64,000 nt of DNA from Thermoplasmatales archaeon (GTDB taxonomy: Archaea > Thermoplasmatota > E2 > DHVEG-1): the NCBI GenBank assembly GCA_030672305.1, contig DAOVGR010000052.1:3961-67960 (forward strand). The letters are read 5' to 3'. Every line of letters begins with the position of its first letter. Within the stretch, counting starts at the first letter, position 1. The position numbers and the translations under genes were made by a program. Below are positions 53,324 to 63,363 of this stretch, piece after piece. The notes beneath the pieces are model-generated. The model made no database searches. It saw only the letters and a program-made list of their open reading frames with translations, and had not been told where the DNA came from.

Positions 53324-53704
53324 ATGAAAGATATGTATACTGAAAAAGTGTTGGATCATTTCCGCAATCCTAGAAATATTGGTGAGATAAAAGATGCAGA
53401 TGGTATTGGGACAGTGGGTAATCCTGTTTGCGGTGATGTAATGACAATATATATCAAAGTAAAAAATGATATTATTGAGGATATTAAATTTAAAACCTAT
53501 GGTTGTGCAGCAGCTATTGCTAGTAGTAGCATAGCAACTGAGTTGGTTAAGGGTAAGACTCTTGATGAAGCTTTAAAACTAACTAGAAATGATGTTGCTG
53601 AAGAACTTGGAGGACTGCCTGCCTATAAAATGCATTGTTCTAATCTTGCAGCAGATGCAATATGTAAAGCAATAAAAGATTATAAGAAGAAAAAGAATAA
53701 GTGA
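53324..53704 (+). CDS. iscU: Fe-S cluster assembly scaffold (IscU/NifU N-terminal type)
   Basis: Three conserved Cys: GNPVCGD, YGCAAAIASS, MHCSNLA. Confidence 0.92.
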   Translation: MKDMYTEKVLDHFRNPRNIGEIKDADGIGTVGNPVCGDVMTIYIKVKNDIIEDIKFKTYGCAAAIASSSIATELVKGKTLDEALKLTRNDVAEELGGLPAYKMHCSNLAADAICKAIKDYKKKKNK

Positions 53705-54195
53705 TACCAATGAGTTCCTATATTGAAGTTGACGGTTGGAAATCAAATATACGGTTTTCTTCAGCTCACATAATACCCGAATATGAAAAATGTGGCCGTC
53801 TTCATGGTCATACGTATGCTGTTCATATAAAGATTAGTGGTGAACCAGATAAAAATGGTATAATTTTAGATTTCTCCATATTAAAAAACATACTTAGAAA
53901 AATTACTTATGAACTTGACCATAAGGTTTTAATCCCTGAAAAAAGTAAGTCAATAAAAATTGTGAAAGAAAAAAAGACTGTAAAAATTACATCCCTTGGA
54001 AAAAACTATATGTTTCCATTGAGTGATTGTATCTTTTTACCAATTAGTTCTACATCAGCTGAAAATCTTGCTAGTTATATACTTGATAAAATACTCAAAA
54101 AGATATCTTTTCCAGATAATGTTGATGGTATTGAGATTGGTGTAGATGAAGGATATGGTCAAGGTGCAAGAATTTCTAAAATTTTTAATAAATAA
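53701..54195 (+). CDS. queD: 6-carboxy-5,6,7,8-tetrahydropterin synthase / 6-pyruvoyl-tetrahydropterin synthase family
   Basis: SSAHIIPEYEKCGRLHGHTY (Cys..HGH zinc/catalytic motif). GTG 53701 or ATG 53710 as start. Confidence 0.85.
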   Translation: MIPMSSYIEVDGWKSNIRFSSAHIIPEYEKCGRLHGHTYAVHIKISGEPDKNGIILDFSILKNILRKITYELDHKVLIPEKSKSIKIVKEKKTVKITSLGKNYMFPLSDCIFLPISSTSAENLASYILDKILKKISFPDNVDGIEIGVDEGYGQGARISKIFNK

Positions 54196-54908
54196 TGGTT
54201 TTTATGAAAAAGAAAGCGGTCTGTCTTATTTCTGGTGGTATTGATTCATGCGTTTCTGCTTATTTAGCAAAAAATGAAAACTATTCAATATATGCACTAA
54301 CTATCAATTATGGTCAGCAGCATAAAAAAGAAATTATTTCTGCAAAAAAAATCGCTCAATTAATAGGAGTAGAAGAACATATTATTTTAAATATTGATTT
54401 TAACAAATTTGGTGGTTCATCACTAACAGACAAATCAGTTGATCTTGAAATCAATCGAAGCTTAAACGATATCGGAAAAAATATTCCATCTACTTACGTT
54501 CCAGCAAGAAATACAGTTTTTTTATCAATTGCCTTAGCATATGCAGAGGCAATCGATGCAGAAGAAATATTTATTGGAGTAACATCCACAGATTTTTCAG
54601 GATACCCAGATTGTAGACCAGAATATATTCAAGCTTATCAAAAAATGGCAAAACTTGCAACAAAAAAGGGAATCCAAGGAAAATCTATCAAAATTAATGC
54701 ACCACTCCTTTATAAATCAAAAGCTGAGATAATTAAAATGGGATTAAATCTTAAAGTTCCCTTTGATAAAACATGGTCTTGTTATAAAGGTAGCAAAAAA
54801 GCTTGTGGAAGATGTGATTCCTGTCTCTTAAGATTGAAAGGTTTTAAGGAATCTAGAGCTAATGATCCAATTGAATATGATTATTTTCCAGATTGGTATG
54901 AAAATTAG
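54195..54908 (+). CDS. queC: 7-cyano-7-deazaguanine synthase
   Basis: PP-loop CLISGGIDS and C-terminal zinc Cys cluster CYKGSKKACGRCDSCLLR. Alternative start ATG 54204. TAATG overlap with queD. Confidence 0.92.
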   Translation: MVFMKKKAVCLISGGIDSCVSAYLAKNENYSIYALTINYGQQHKKEIISAKKIAQLIGVEEHIILNIDFNKFGGSSLTDKSVDLEINRSLNDIGKNIPSTYVPARNTVFLSIALAYAEAIDAEEIFIGVTSTDFSGYPDCRPEYIQAYQKMAKLATKKGIQGKSIKINAPLLYKSKAEIIKMGLNLKVPFDKTWSCYKGSKKACGRCDSCLLRLKGFKESRANDPIEYDYFPDWYEN

Positions 54909-55729
54909 GATTTTATTTTTTTCTTTTCTTTATAATAACCGTACAAATCTAATGATATTGGAATTGAAATAAGAATTATTATTAGTATAATTAGACTTAT
55001 AATACAATCTTGAGGTACATTACCAAGTGTACTTTTACCATTGGTAACGTCATTAAATACAAGATTTAATGTTCCAATCCAAGGGAGCTCACATCGAGCT
55101 TTACCTGAAACCCACTCTACTTTTATAGGTTGATCACAGATTCCACCGGGTGATTGATCAGCTCTATCATTAGTAACTGGATTATCACCTTTTGTAATAT
55201 ATCCTGAATGTGGCGGATTAGGAATATAATTATTAAGTCCTAATCCTTGAATTGTAATTGAAGTGACGTTGTATAGATCGTATCCTTCTACTGTAAAGGT
55301 TTTATCATCTTCGTTGTAATCTATCCAACACATTGCTCTATGTATGATTTGATCCCTATTTTCATTACCATAAGGACGATAAACAATTACATCTCCAAAG
55401 TCTCCATAATGATAGTTATTGGGATCTTTATCAATTTGTGTAATTATATCACTTCGATGGTTTACATTTACCAATAGAACCATATCTCCTGCATTAATTG
55501 TACCATATCTCCCAAAAGGTTCATTTTGATGCATCATACTTCCGGATTCAATTGCAACCATTGGTGCACCAAACCACTGACCAGTATAGGTCCATAGAGC
55601 AGTTAAAATAATTAAAACAAGTATCAAGGCAACAACAACATCTCTTACTAAGGATATTTTACTGTTATCGCTACGCCAAAATTTTATAAATTTTTTTTTA
55701 ATTTTTTCTAAAATATCCTTATAACTCAT
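54905..55729 (-). CDS. Signal peptidase I, archaeal/eukaryotic Sec11 (S26B) type
   Basis: N-terminal TM, catalytic Ser motif IESGSMMH, His motif QIIHRAM, C-terminal TM. The segment between the boxes is longer than I would expect for this family. Confidence 0.82.
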   Translation of the reverse strand: MSYKDILEKIKKKFIKFWRSDNSKISLVRDVVVALILVLIILTALWTYTGQWFGAPMVAIESGSMMHQNEPFGRYGTINAGDMVLLVNVNHRSDIITQIDKDPNNYHYGDFGDVIVYRPYGNENRDQIIHRAMCWIDYNEDDKTFTVEGYDLYNVTSITIQGLGLNNYIPNPPHSGYITKGDNPVTNDRADQSPGGICDQPIKVEWVSGKARCELPWIGTLNLVFNDVTNGKSTLGNVPQDCIISLIILIIILISIPISLDLYGYYKEKKKIKS

Positions 55730-56268
55730 TCTTTATCACTACGGTTATTGATGACTTTTTTGTTAGAGACAATATTCCTCGTTTCAGTTCCACATATAGG
55801 GCATATCTTTATACTATCTTTGAATTTTTTACCGCATCCACGACATCGACAGCCCCATTTAAACCTTTTTGTTATTCCTACTTGGTTGATTGCTTCAAAT
55901 TTCAAATTTAATGTATTAGCAACGTTTTGAATAGAATAGTCATCAGTTAGAATTATAATCTCAAAGTTTTTATGTTTTTTAAGTTCTAAAGCTAAAGCTA
56001 AGACTTCAATATCTGTTTTTGATAACCTATTCTTGTCTCCAGTTGTATTAGAAATTTTTTGTACTTCATCAACTGCATCTTTATCCGGAGATAGAACAAC
56101 CAATCCCTTCTCTCTTAGATATTGAAAATTTTGGTAGTCTCGTCCACCAGGACTCAGCTCATCTGAGACTCTAGATGTAGTAACAATTTCTGCTTCACCG
56201 AGGTCTATCGGTTTTCCAGAGAGAATTGCTGATGTGTCAAGTACATATTTCTTTATTTTCTTATTCAT
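55726..56268 (-). CDS. nob1: Nob1-type endonuclease (PIN domain + C-terminal zinc ribbon)
   Basis: PIN acidic residues (VLDTSAI, TDIEVLALA, ILTDDYSIQN) followed by CRCRGCGKKF..CPICG. Confidence 0.85.
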   Translation of the reverse strand: MNKKIKKYVLDTSAILSGKPIDLGEAEIVTTSRVSDELSPGGRDYQNFQYLREKGLVVLSPDKDAVDEVQKISNTTGDKNRLSKTDIEVLALALELKKHKNFEIIILTDDYSIQNVANTLNLKFEAINQVGITKRFKWGCRCRGCGKKFKDSIKICPICGTETRNIVSNKKVINNRSDKE

Positions 56269-56329
56269 TGTTAGGACACCTAAAAGAGTTCCAATATTTT
56301 ATATTAACCAAAAAAATTATATTAAATGA

Positions 56330-57613
56330 TTATTGAATAGAATTTATTATACTTTTTATTTTTATGAGTTTTTGTTCTCCCGTTTCCATATCTCTTATTG
56401 TTACAGAATCCTTTTCAATTTCTTTTGGACCAATAATTATAGCTTTTTTTGCATTTATCGAACTTGCATATTTAAGAGATTTTCCTAGACCTCGTCTTAA
56501 CAGATCTAAATCAACAGTAAAGCCTTGATCTCTTAAAGTTTGAACAATATTAATTGCTTTTTCAATAATATCTTCAGCCAGCGGTATCACATAAACATCC
56601 ATTTTTGTTATGGGAAACTTAAAATTTTCAGATTCTAAGGCAACTATTGTACGGTCAAATCCGATTGCAAAACCAGCAGTTGAGGAGTCTTTCCCGCCAA
56701 ATAGAGAAATTAGATCGTATGCTCCTCCACCACAAAGTTGTTTTTCAGCTCCAAGAATTGGTGCTTCTATTTCAAACACAAGTCCCTTATAGTAATCTAG
56801 GCCTCGAACAATATTCATTTGTATTTGAAAATGTTTAATTCCAAATGCTTTTTCTAATAATGTAAGTATTTTTTCAAGTTTTTCAAGTTCCTTTTTTGCT
56901 AAATTATTTTTTATAAATTTATTAACAATTTTAATATCTGTTGTTTTCAGTAATTCTATTAGATCTTTTGCATCTTTATTTACAATATCAAAATCTTTCA
57001 AAGCGTCAAAAACATCTTCAAACATAGATTTATCAATAAGGGGGATTAGATATTTTTGTTGTTCTTTTGTTAATTTTAGTTGGTTGAATATTGATGATAA
57101 AATAGTTAGATTTCCAATATTTAATTTAAGATTTTCAACCCCTGAATTTTTTAATATTTTATAAGCTAGAGTAATAAGTTCAGCATATGCTTCAGGAGAA
57201 TCTGTTCCGATTATTTCGCATCCTGCCTGGCTAAACTCTCGGTATCTTCCTTTCTGTGGTCTATCATATCTATAACAATTACCAAAGTAAAATAACTTAA
57301 GTGGTTTTGGTTCCATTTGAAGTCTTTCAACATAAAAACGAATCACTGGAGCAGTTAATTCTGGTCTTAATGCTAGATCTCTATCACCCTTATCTTTAAA
57401 AAAATATAATTCCTCAATTATTTCCTGACCAGATTTTGCCTTAAAAAGCTCAAGGGTTTCAAAAGTTGGGGTTTGAATCTCGTGGTAACCAAACGATATA
57501 AAAGTAGATCGCATAATTTCTTCAATGTATCTACGTTTTTGCATTTCTTTTGACGTAAAATCTCTGGTTCCTCTTGGTAGATTAAACACGTTTTGATTGT
57601 ATAAATATATCAT
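56330..57613 (-). CDS. hisS: Histidine--tRNA ligase
   Basis: LPRGTRDF, LALRPELTAP, CYRYDRPQKGRYREFSQ (motif 2), GGGAYD, GFAIGFDR (motif 3). Confidence 0.94.
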   Translation of the reverse strand: MIYLYNQNVFNLPRGTRDFTSKEMQKRRYIEEIMRSTFISFGYHEIQTPTFETLELFKAKSGQEIIEELYFFKDKGDRDLALRPELTAPVIRFYVERLQMEPKPLKLFYFGNCYRYDRPQKGRYREFSQAGCEIIGTDSPEAYAELITLAYKILKNSGVENLKLNIGNLTILSSIFNQLKLTKEQQKYLIPLIDKSMFEDVFDALKDFDIVNKDAKDLIELLKTTDIKIVNKFIKNNLAKKELEKLEKILTLLEKAFGIKHFQIQMNIVRGLDYYKGLVFEIEAPILGAEKQLCGGGAYDLISLFGGKDSSTAGFAIGFDRTIVALESENFKFPITKMDVYVIPLAEDIIEKAINIVQTLRDQGFTVDLDLLRRGLGKSLKYASSINAKKAIIIGPKEIEKDSVTIRDMETGEQKLIKIKSIINSIQ

Positions 57614-57938
57614 TTAATACTGTTTCGACTAAAATAAATTTATAACAAATTATGTTGTTATACCAAAACATTTATATCTATGTATTCTTTATTTTAATAT
57701 TAATAAGAAAATATATGGGAGAGCGATTTATATTAGAAAAAAAATATTTACTCTATTAATATGCCTAGTTTTATTTGGTTCTTTTTCAGGCGCATCAACT
57801 TTTCAAATAACTCCAATTGATATTATAAATACAGCATCTATTAATCAAAATTATACACATACTGTATTTGCTGGAGTAGCGGCGTCTCAATCTTGTACCC
57901 CTTGTCATAACTGGAGTGAGAACATTTATAATATATAT

Positions 57939-59420
57939 ATGACTGGATTATACGATTTTGAATATTCCACCATGATTTGTTTTGACGAAGAAGGTCTGCC
58001 ACTAAATTATGATGCAATATATTGGGCACTCAATTATAGTATTGACCAATTTCCTACAACTTTTTTTGATGGGAATTATAAAAAAATAAAAGGTGATTAT
58101 ATCGAAAAACTACCTGATGTATTAGATACCTGTGGTAATAGAACAGTAGCAAATATTACTGCAAATATAACAGCTGTATTAGTTGAAAATGCAACTATAA
58201 ACATTTCAATAATAATTGAAAACAACGAAGAATTTCATTATAACGGTTATATAAGAGCATTTATTACAGAGATTGTATCCAGATATAAAACTCCTTTTGA
58301 TGATCCCTTTCATTTTGGTTTTTTAGATTTTGCTTTTGATGAGAGTATCACGATAAATCCCGGAAATATCTATACAGATTCCACTATCTGGAATGGTTAT
58401 GAGCATCAGGATGCTCATGGTGATGATTTTGGTGATTTAAAAGCAAACAATATCCAGGTAGCTCTAATTGTTTATAATAATAGTAATGGATATGTCGATG
58501 ATACAGTAATTACGCAGATCCCAAATAATCCACCATTTAAGGCAATTGATCCTTATCCTGAGAATGGTGCAATAGATGTTAGAGCTGATGTTGATCTGAG
58601 CTGGAATTGTACCGATCCAGATGGAGATGAATTAGTTTATGATGTTTATTTAGGAACTACAAATCCCCCACCTCTTGTTGCATCAAATGTACCTGAAACT
58701 TTTTTTGATCCGGGTCTTCTTGAATTTCAGACACCTTATTATTGGTTTATTGTTTCTAATGATAATCGAGGTGGTACAAACGAAAGTATTATCTGGAATT
58801 TTACAACAAAGTTTAATTATATTCCTGATGTACCTGCAATACCATATGGGCCAACTGAGGGAGATGCAGGAGAAGAACTTGTATACGTGACAACTACTTT
58901 TGATCCTGATGGAGACGATTTGTATTATTGGTTTGAGTGGGGTAATGGAAATAATAGTGGATGGGTAGGACCATTTCAATCTAATGAAATTGCAAATGCA
59001 AGTTATATTTGGCCTGAGGGCAGAAATTATACAATAAAGGTTAAAGCAAAAGATGAATATGGAGCAGAAAGTATATTTTCAAGAGGTTTTTCAATTCATA
59101 TCAATGAACCAAAACTTCAAATCGATAATATTTCTGGAGGTTTATTTAGGGTTTCTACAGATATAAACAATATCGGTGATGGGGAAGCAAGAAATATAGA
59201 TTGGAATATCAAGTTAAGCACTGGTATTGTAATTATTGGTAGAGAATCATTTGGTGAAATCGATAATATCTTAACTGGTGAAGAAGAACATATCCAATCT
59301 AGACTTATTATTGGTATAGGAAAAACCAAAATTATTTTAGAAGCAAATGTTCAATATGGCGAGTCTGATACAATAACATTAGATGCGTTTTTACTAGGAT
59401 GTTTTATCTTGATAAGATAA
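57939..59420 (+). CDS. Third thioredoxin-fusion paralog (N-terminus unresolved): Trx-like remnant + 1 FN3-like repeat + type A-like module + CARDB-like terminal domain
   Basis: The minimal ORF starts at Met 57939, but the same frame is open to 57633. That stretch encodes a signal peptide and the CxxC segment (SQSCTPCHNW) with no canonical start codon; see the finding on the A8 tract. Downstream: DVYLGTTNPPPLV..YYWFIV, FEWGNGNNSGW, LQIDNISGGLFRVSTDINNIGDGEARNIDWNIKL. Confidence 0.8.
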   Translation: MTGLYDFEYSTMICFDEEGLPLNYDAIYWALNYSIDQFPTTFFDGNYKKIKGDYIEKLPDVLDTCGNRTVANITANITAVLVENATINISIIIENNEEFHYNGYIRAFITEIVSRYKTPFDDPFHFGFLDFAFDESITINPGNIYTDSTIWNGYEHQDAHGDDFGDLKANNIQVALIVYNNSNGYVDDTVITQIPNNPPFKAIDPYPENGAIDVRADVDLSWNCTDPDGDELVYDVYLGTTNPPPLVASNVPETFFDPGLLEFQTPYYWFIVSNDNRGGTNESIIWNFTTKFNYIPDVPAIPYGPTEGDAGEELVYVTTTFDPDGDDLYYWFEWGNGNNSGWVGPFQSNEIANASYIWPEGRNYTIKVKAKDEYGAESIFSRGFSIHINEPKLQIDNISGGLFRVSTDINNIGDGEARNIDWNIKLSTGIVIIGRESFGEIDNILTGEEEHIQSRLIIGIGKTKIILEANVQYGESDTITLDAFLLGCFILIR

Positions 59421-59442
59421 GATTTTATTATGTAAAATTAAT

Positions 59443-60654
59443 CTATTTTAATCTTTTTTTCATAAAAGATTCCAGATTATTAAAAGCATGTTCAAGTGTT
59501 TCAATTGTAGGTAAGATCACTGCTCTAAAATGATTTTTACCATATGTTTCACAAAAACCTGATCCATGAACAACTAAAACATGTGCTTCATTTAATAGAT
59601 CTAAAACAAATTCTTTATCTGTTTTCCATATTCCACTATTCATTGCCTCAATTTTTGGAAATATGTAAAATGCACCATCTGGTCTTGCAGTAGAAATTCC
59701 TTCTATTTCATTTAATCTTTTATAGGAGAAATCACGTCGTTTTCTTAGTTTATTATTAACTTCAATTATATGATCTTGAGGACCTTTTAAAGCTGCTATA
59801 CAAGCACGTTGACATATAGAACTTGCACATAACCTAGATCGCGCAATTCGCATAAATGCATCTTGTACTTCATTAAGTTCACCAGAATGATGAAACAAGA
59901 CATAGCCCGTACGCCATCCAGGTACTAAATAGACCTTTGAAAAACCATTGAAAGTAATAACTGGGATATCTTTTCCTAGTGTAGATGTAGCATATTGTTT
60001 TTCATCAAAGGTCATATCATCATAGATTTCATCAGATATGATTGGAATCTTATATTCTCCTGCGATATCGATTATTTCTTTTATCACATTTTTAGAATAA
60101 AGTGCACCAGTTGGATTGTTGGGATTTATAATAACAATTCCTTTTGTTTTGTCTGAAATCTGTTTACGAATACTATCTACATCAGGTTGCCATCCTTGCT
60201 CTTCAATACATCTATAAGGTATAGGAATTGCATCATTGAATCTTGTAATAAGTGTATATTGTGGATAGGTAGGACCTGGAATTAAAAGTTCATCATTTGG
60301 ATCAAGAAAGGCATTAATAAGGATTTGAAGGGCTTCCGTTACACCTGTAGTAACACATATTTCATCTAATTGATAATCAATATTGTTTCTTGTTTTTTCA
60401 CGTTCAATTATTGCCTGTCTGAGCTCCAATTCCCCCTCAGAGGGCGAATATCCATTATATCCTTGGTTTGTTGCATCAAACAAAGAATCTCTCATATGTT
60501 GTGGAGTGTCAAAATCATATTTATTTGGATCACCAATGTTAAGGTGAAATACTTTTATTCCTTTTTCTTCTAATTTCCTTGCAGGTAAAACTACCTCTCT
60601 GATCGCATAAGAAATACCTTTTGAGCGTTTAGAAGCCTTGATCATAACTTCCAC
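59443..60654 (-). CDS. Class I/II pyridoxal-phosphate aminotransferase (AlaAT/AspAT type)
   Basis: INPNNPTG and the PLP-lysine region NGFSKVYLVPGWRTGY. Confidence 0.88.
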   Translation of the reverse strand: MEVMIKASKRSKGISYAIREVVLPARKLEEKGIKVFHLNIGDPNKYDFDTPQHMRDSLFDATNQGYNGYSPSEGELELRQAIIEREKTRNNIDYQLDEICVTTGVTEALQILINAFLDPNDELLIPGPTYPQYTLITRFNDAIPIPYRCIEEQGWQPDVDSIRKQISDKTKGIVIINPNNPTGALYSKNVIKEIIDIAGEYKIPIISDEIYDDMTFDEKQYATSTLGKDIPVITFNGFSKVYLVPGWRTGYVLFHHSGELNEVQDAFMRIARSRLCASSICQRACIAALKGPQDHIIEVNNKLRKRRDFSYKRLNEIEGISTARPDGAFYIFPKIEAMNSGIWKTDKEFVLDLLNEAHVLVVHGSGFCETYGKNHFRAVILPTIETLEHAFNNLESFMKKRLK

Positions 60655-60727
60655 GGAGGCATAGTATTATAAATTAAAATAAATAGTTGGTGGTAAAAAA
60701 TTATATTTAAGAGGATTTTTTAGAGGA

Positions 60728-61870
60728 TTAATCCGCTTTAACTATGCATCTGAAAGAATTTTTATCCTTGATATATTGAAAATTCTCATAAACAAGAAAT
60801 GTAGAACCATCCTTTCGCTTATGTATTGTTTTAAAGCTAAAGTGACTATTTTTCTTAGCGTTATCTATCTTTTCTTTAATATCTTGCATTGTTTCAAGAG
60901 CATCAAAATCAGTAATATTTAAAGAAAGCATCTCGTTTTTACTATATCCTAATTTTTTATACATGGAATCAGTGCATGCTAAGATATTTGCATTTTCATC
61001 AAATATAAAAATATAGTCTATTTTATGCTCCTCTAATTTTTCATCCTGTTTTTTTGAATTAGTTTCTGAGGACGCTATTTCTTTTTCTGAGTTACGCTCA
61101 TTTAAAAGCTCGGTAATTTCCGTTTTTAAATCTGATAATTTTGTATTTAATTCCTTAATTTTATTTTCAGCTTCTTTTTCAGTTGTAATGTCAGTATTTA
61201 TTCCTCTATATCCCAATAAGTTCCCAGACTCATCTAAAAGAGGCATCCCATTTGTCCTGACACAGATTTTTTCGCCATTTTTATTAACAATCCAGTTCTC
61301 AAGATTATTTATTGGAGAATTATTCTTAATTGCCTCATTGAATATCTGCTTTGATTTTTCAACATTTTCAACAGATATTGTATCAAAAAAACTCTTACCA
61401 ACTATATCTTCCGGGGTGTATCCTAAAAACTTTGAAATATTTCCTGAACAAAAAGTGTAATTTCCTTTTGAGTCAGTTTCCCATGTCCATCCTGATATGC
61501 TGTCAAATAAATCATCTTGTTTATTCATTGTTACTTCTTTTCCTTTTTCATTATCCCCAAATATCTCACCTTTTTTTACACCAACCTTATGAATCGCGAG
61601 TTTTAAGCTTGCCATAATTCTATTCAGTGAGTCAGTTAAGTTGTTAATTTCATGAATTTCACTTGAAGCAAGAGTAACATCTAATTTTCCTTTAGATATA
61701 TCAATGATGTTATCTGTTAATTTTTCAAGAGGTCTAGTTATCAAATATGAAATCATAATTGAAACAACAAAAGTAACTAAGAAGATTATTCCAATTAACA
61801 GAAATGAGGACTCAAATCCCTCAATACCTCCAATTATACCAATTGGAATGGTTGATATAGCAATACACAT
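60728..61870 (-). CDS. Membrane-anchored HAMP + tandem PAS sensor protein without output domain
   Basis: N-terminal TM, HAMP-like LITRPLEKLTDNIIDISKGKLDV..NLTDSLNRIMASL, then two PAS-like segments (WTWETDSKGNYTFCS; IFIFDENANILACTD). No HisKA/HATPase. Confidence 0.8.
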   Translation of the reverse strand: MCIAISTIPIGIIGGIEGFESSFLLIGIIFLVTFVVSIMISYLITRPLEKLTDNIIDISKGKLDVTLASSEIHEINNLTDSLNRIMASLKLAIHKVGVKKGEIFGDNEKGKEVTMNKQDDLFDSISGWTWETDSKGNYTFCSGNISKFLGYTPEDIVGKSFFDTISVENVEKSKQIFNEAIKNNSPINNLENWIVNKNGEKICVRTNGMPLLDESGNLLGYRGINTDITTEKEAENKIKELNTKLSDLKTEITELLNERNSEKEIASSETNSKKQDEKLEEHKIDYIFIFDENANILACTDSMYKKLGYSKNEMLSLNITDFDALETMQDIKEKIDNAKKNSHFSFKTIHKRKDGSTFLVYENFQYIKDKNSFRCIVKAD

Positions 61871-61887
61871 AATTACTAATAATGTTC

Positions 61888-63312
61888 TTAATTTCGTTCT
61901 AACACCTCATCCTCTGGAGCATCATAAGCTGCATCATTTTTCTTATTTATAATTGTTTTTTCTTCACCAAAAATTCCCCCAATTTTATATTTAAAATTTG
62001 TTCCTTTCTCTTGTGGAATAATATGTAAATCGGTTAGTGAATTAATATATTCAAATAGATCATCCTTACCCAGGGCATTCTTGCTTTTTAAGTCATTGAA
62101 CTCTGAATTACCAAGTGGCCCAAGGACCGTTTTGAATTCCTCACAGATTTTCTTTTCAATTAATTTCTTTGATGAAAACAGTACTTTTATTGGTTCTATA
62201 TTCTTAATTGGTTTTAAAGGTATGGTAAACGAAAACTTACTTCCCTTATCTTGTTTGCTTTCTACCCATATTTTCCCTTTTTGAGCTTCAACAATTCCTC
62301 TGCATATCGCAAGACCTAAACCGGTTCCACCGTGTTTTCGACGAGATGAACTTTCTACCTGAAAGAAGGGTTCAAAAATCCTTATTTGATTTTCAGAGGT
62401 CAACCCACAGCCATAATCTCTAACAGAAAAGAGGATATGATCTTCTTTTAATTTTGCATCAATTTCTATTTTAGAATTTTCTTCTGAAAATTTTATTGCA
62501 TTATTAACAAGATTTCTTAGTACCTGACTTAACCTATCAGGATCTACTTCAATTATTGGAATTTTATCTACATTTATTACAAGGCTTATGTTCTTTTCCT
62601 TTGCAAATCCTTCCATAAATTTTGTTGTTTCATCTATAATTTGTGATATATCAGTTTCTTTAAAATTAAATTTTAATCTTGCTGCTTCTATTCTTGATAT
62701 TTCCAAAAAGTCTACAATTATATTATCAAGTCTATCAGAGTTTCTTGTAATAATTTCCAAACTTTCTTTTTGTTTTTTATTTAACTTACCAAAATATCCT
62801 TCTTGAATCATCTGAAGCTGGGCTTTCATAGGAGTCATTGGGCTTCTAAGCTCATGGGAGGTTATACTTAAAAACTCTGTTTTTGCATTATCAATTTCTT
62901 TTCTTTCTTGCTCTAATCTTCCAAGAGCTGCTGTTGTCAAGTTAAATGCATTTCCCAATTCTGAAATTTCATCATCAGTCTTAATTTCTAATTTAACATC
63001 ATAATTTCCTTTTTCAAGTTCTAAGGTTGCCTTGTATAATTCCTTTATTGGTTTTGAGATAGACCTAGTTACAAAAAATCCAATTACTCCTGCATTGACT
63101 ATACTAATTAAAATAATAATAAAAACAGCAGTTGTTCTAAGTAGAGCTGCTTGTTCTGAAAATAAACCAGATGGAAATGAAGATGCCAGTATATAATAAA
63201 ATAAGAAAATTCCAAGAGCAGGAGCCATCAATGCTACAATAACAAGAAGTGAAAGTTTTCTATTTATCTTTGAAAAGATTAGGTTTTTTAAGCTGAATTT
63301 TTTAGCATCCAT
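61888..63312 (-). CDS. Sensor histidine kinase (2 TM, HAMP, HisKA, HATPase_c) with ~100-aa C-terminal extension
   Basis: H-box SITSHELRSPMTPM, N-box LRNLVNNAIKFS, G-boxes RDYGCGL and GGTGLGLAICR. Only a short loop separates the TM helices. Confidence 0.9.
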   Translation of the reverse strand: MDAKKFSLKNLIFSKINRKLSLLVIVALMAPALGIFLFYYILASSFPSGLFSEQAALLRTTAVFIIILISIVNAGVIGFFVTRSISKPIKELYKATLELEKGNYDVKLEIKTDDEISELGNAFNLTTAALGRLEQERKEIDNAKTEFLSITSHELRSPMTPMKAQLQMIQEGYFGKLNKKQKESLEIITRNSDRLDNIIVDFLEISRIEAARLKFNFKETDISQIIDETTKFMEGFAKEKNISLVINVDKIPIIEVDPDRLSQVLRNLVNNAIKFSEENSKIEIDAKLKEDHILFSVRDYGCGLTSENQIRIFEPFFQVESSSRRKHGGTGLGLAICRGIVEAQKGKIWVESKQDKGSKFSFTIPLKPIKNIEPIKVLFSSKKLIEKKICEEFKTVLGPLGNSEFNDLKSKNALGKDDLFEYINSLTDLHIIPQEKGTNFKYKIGGIFGEEKTIINKKNDAAYDAPEDEVLERN

Positions 63313-63363
63313 CCCATGGCCCCTCGTTTGTTTAGGTGTCTAATTAAAGTCTTTTAGTATAAA

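Noticed and set aside
57841-58029. 62-aa minus-strand ORF at the 5' end of the third Trx paralog.
   Set aside because: It overlaps the region whose plus-strand translation is homologous to the CxxC domain of the two paralogs.
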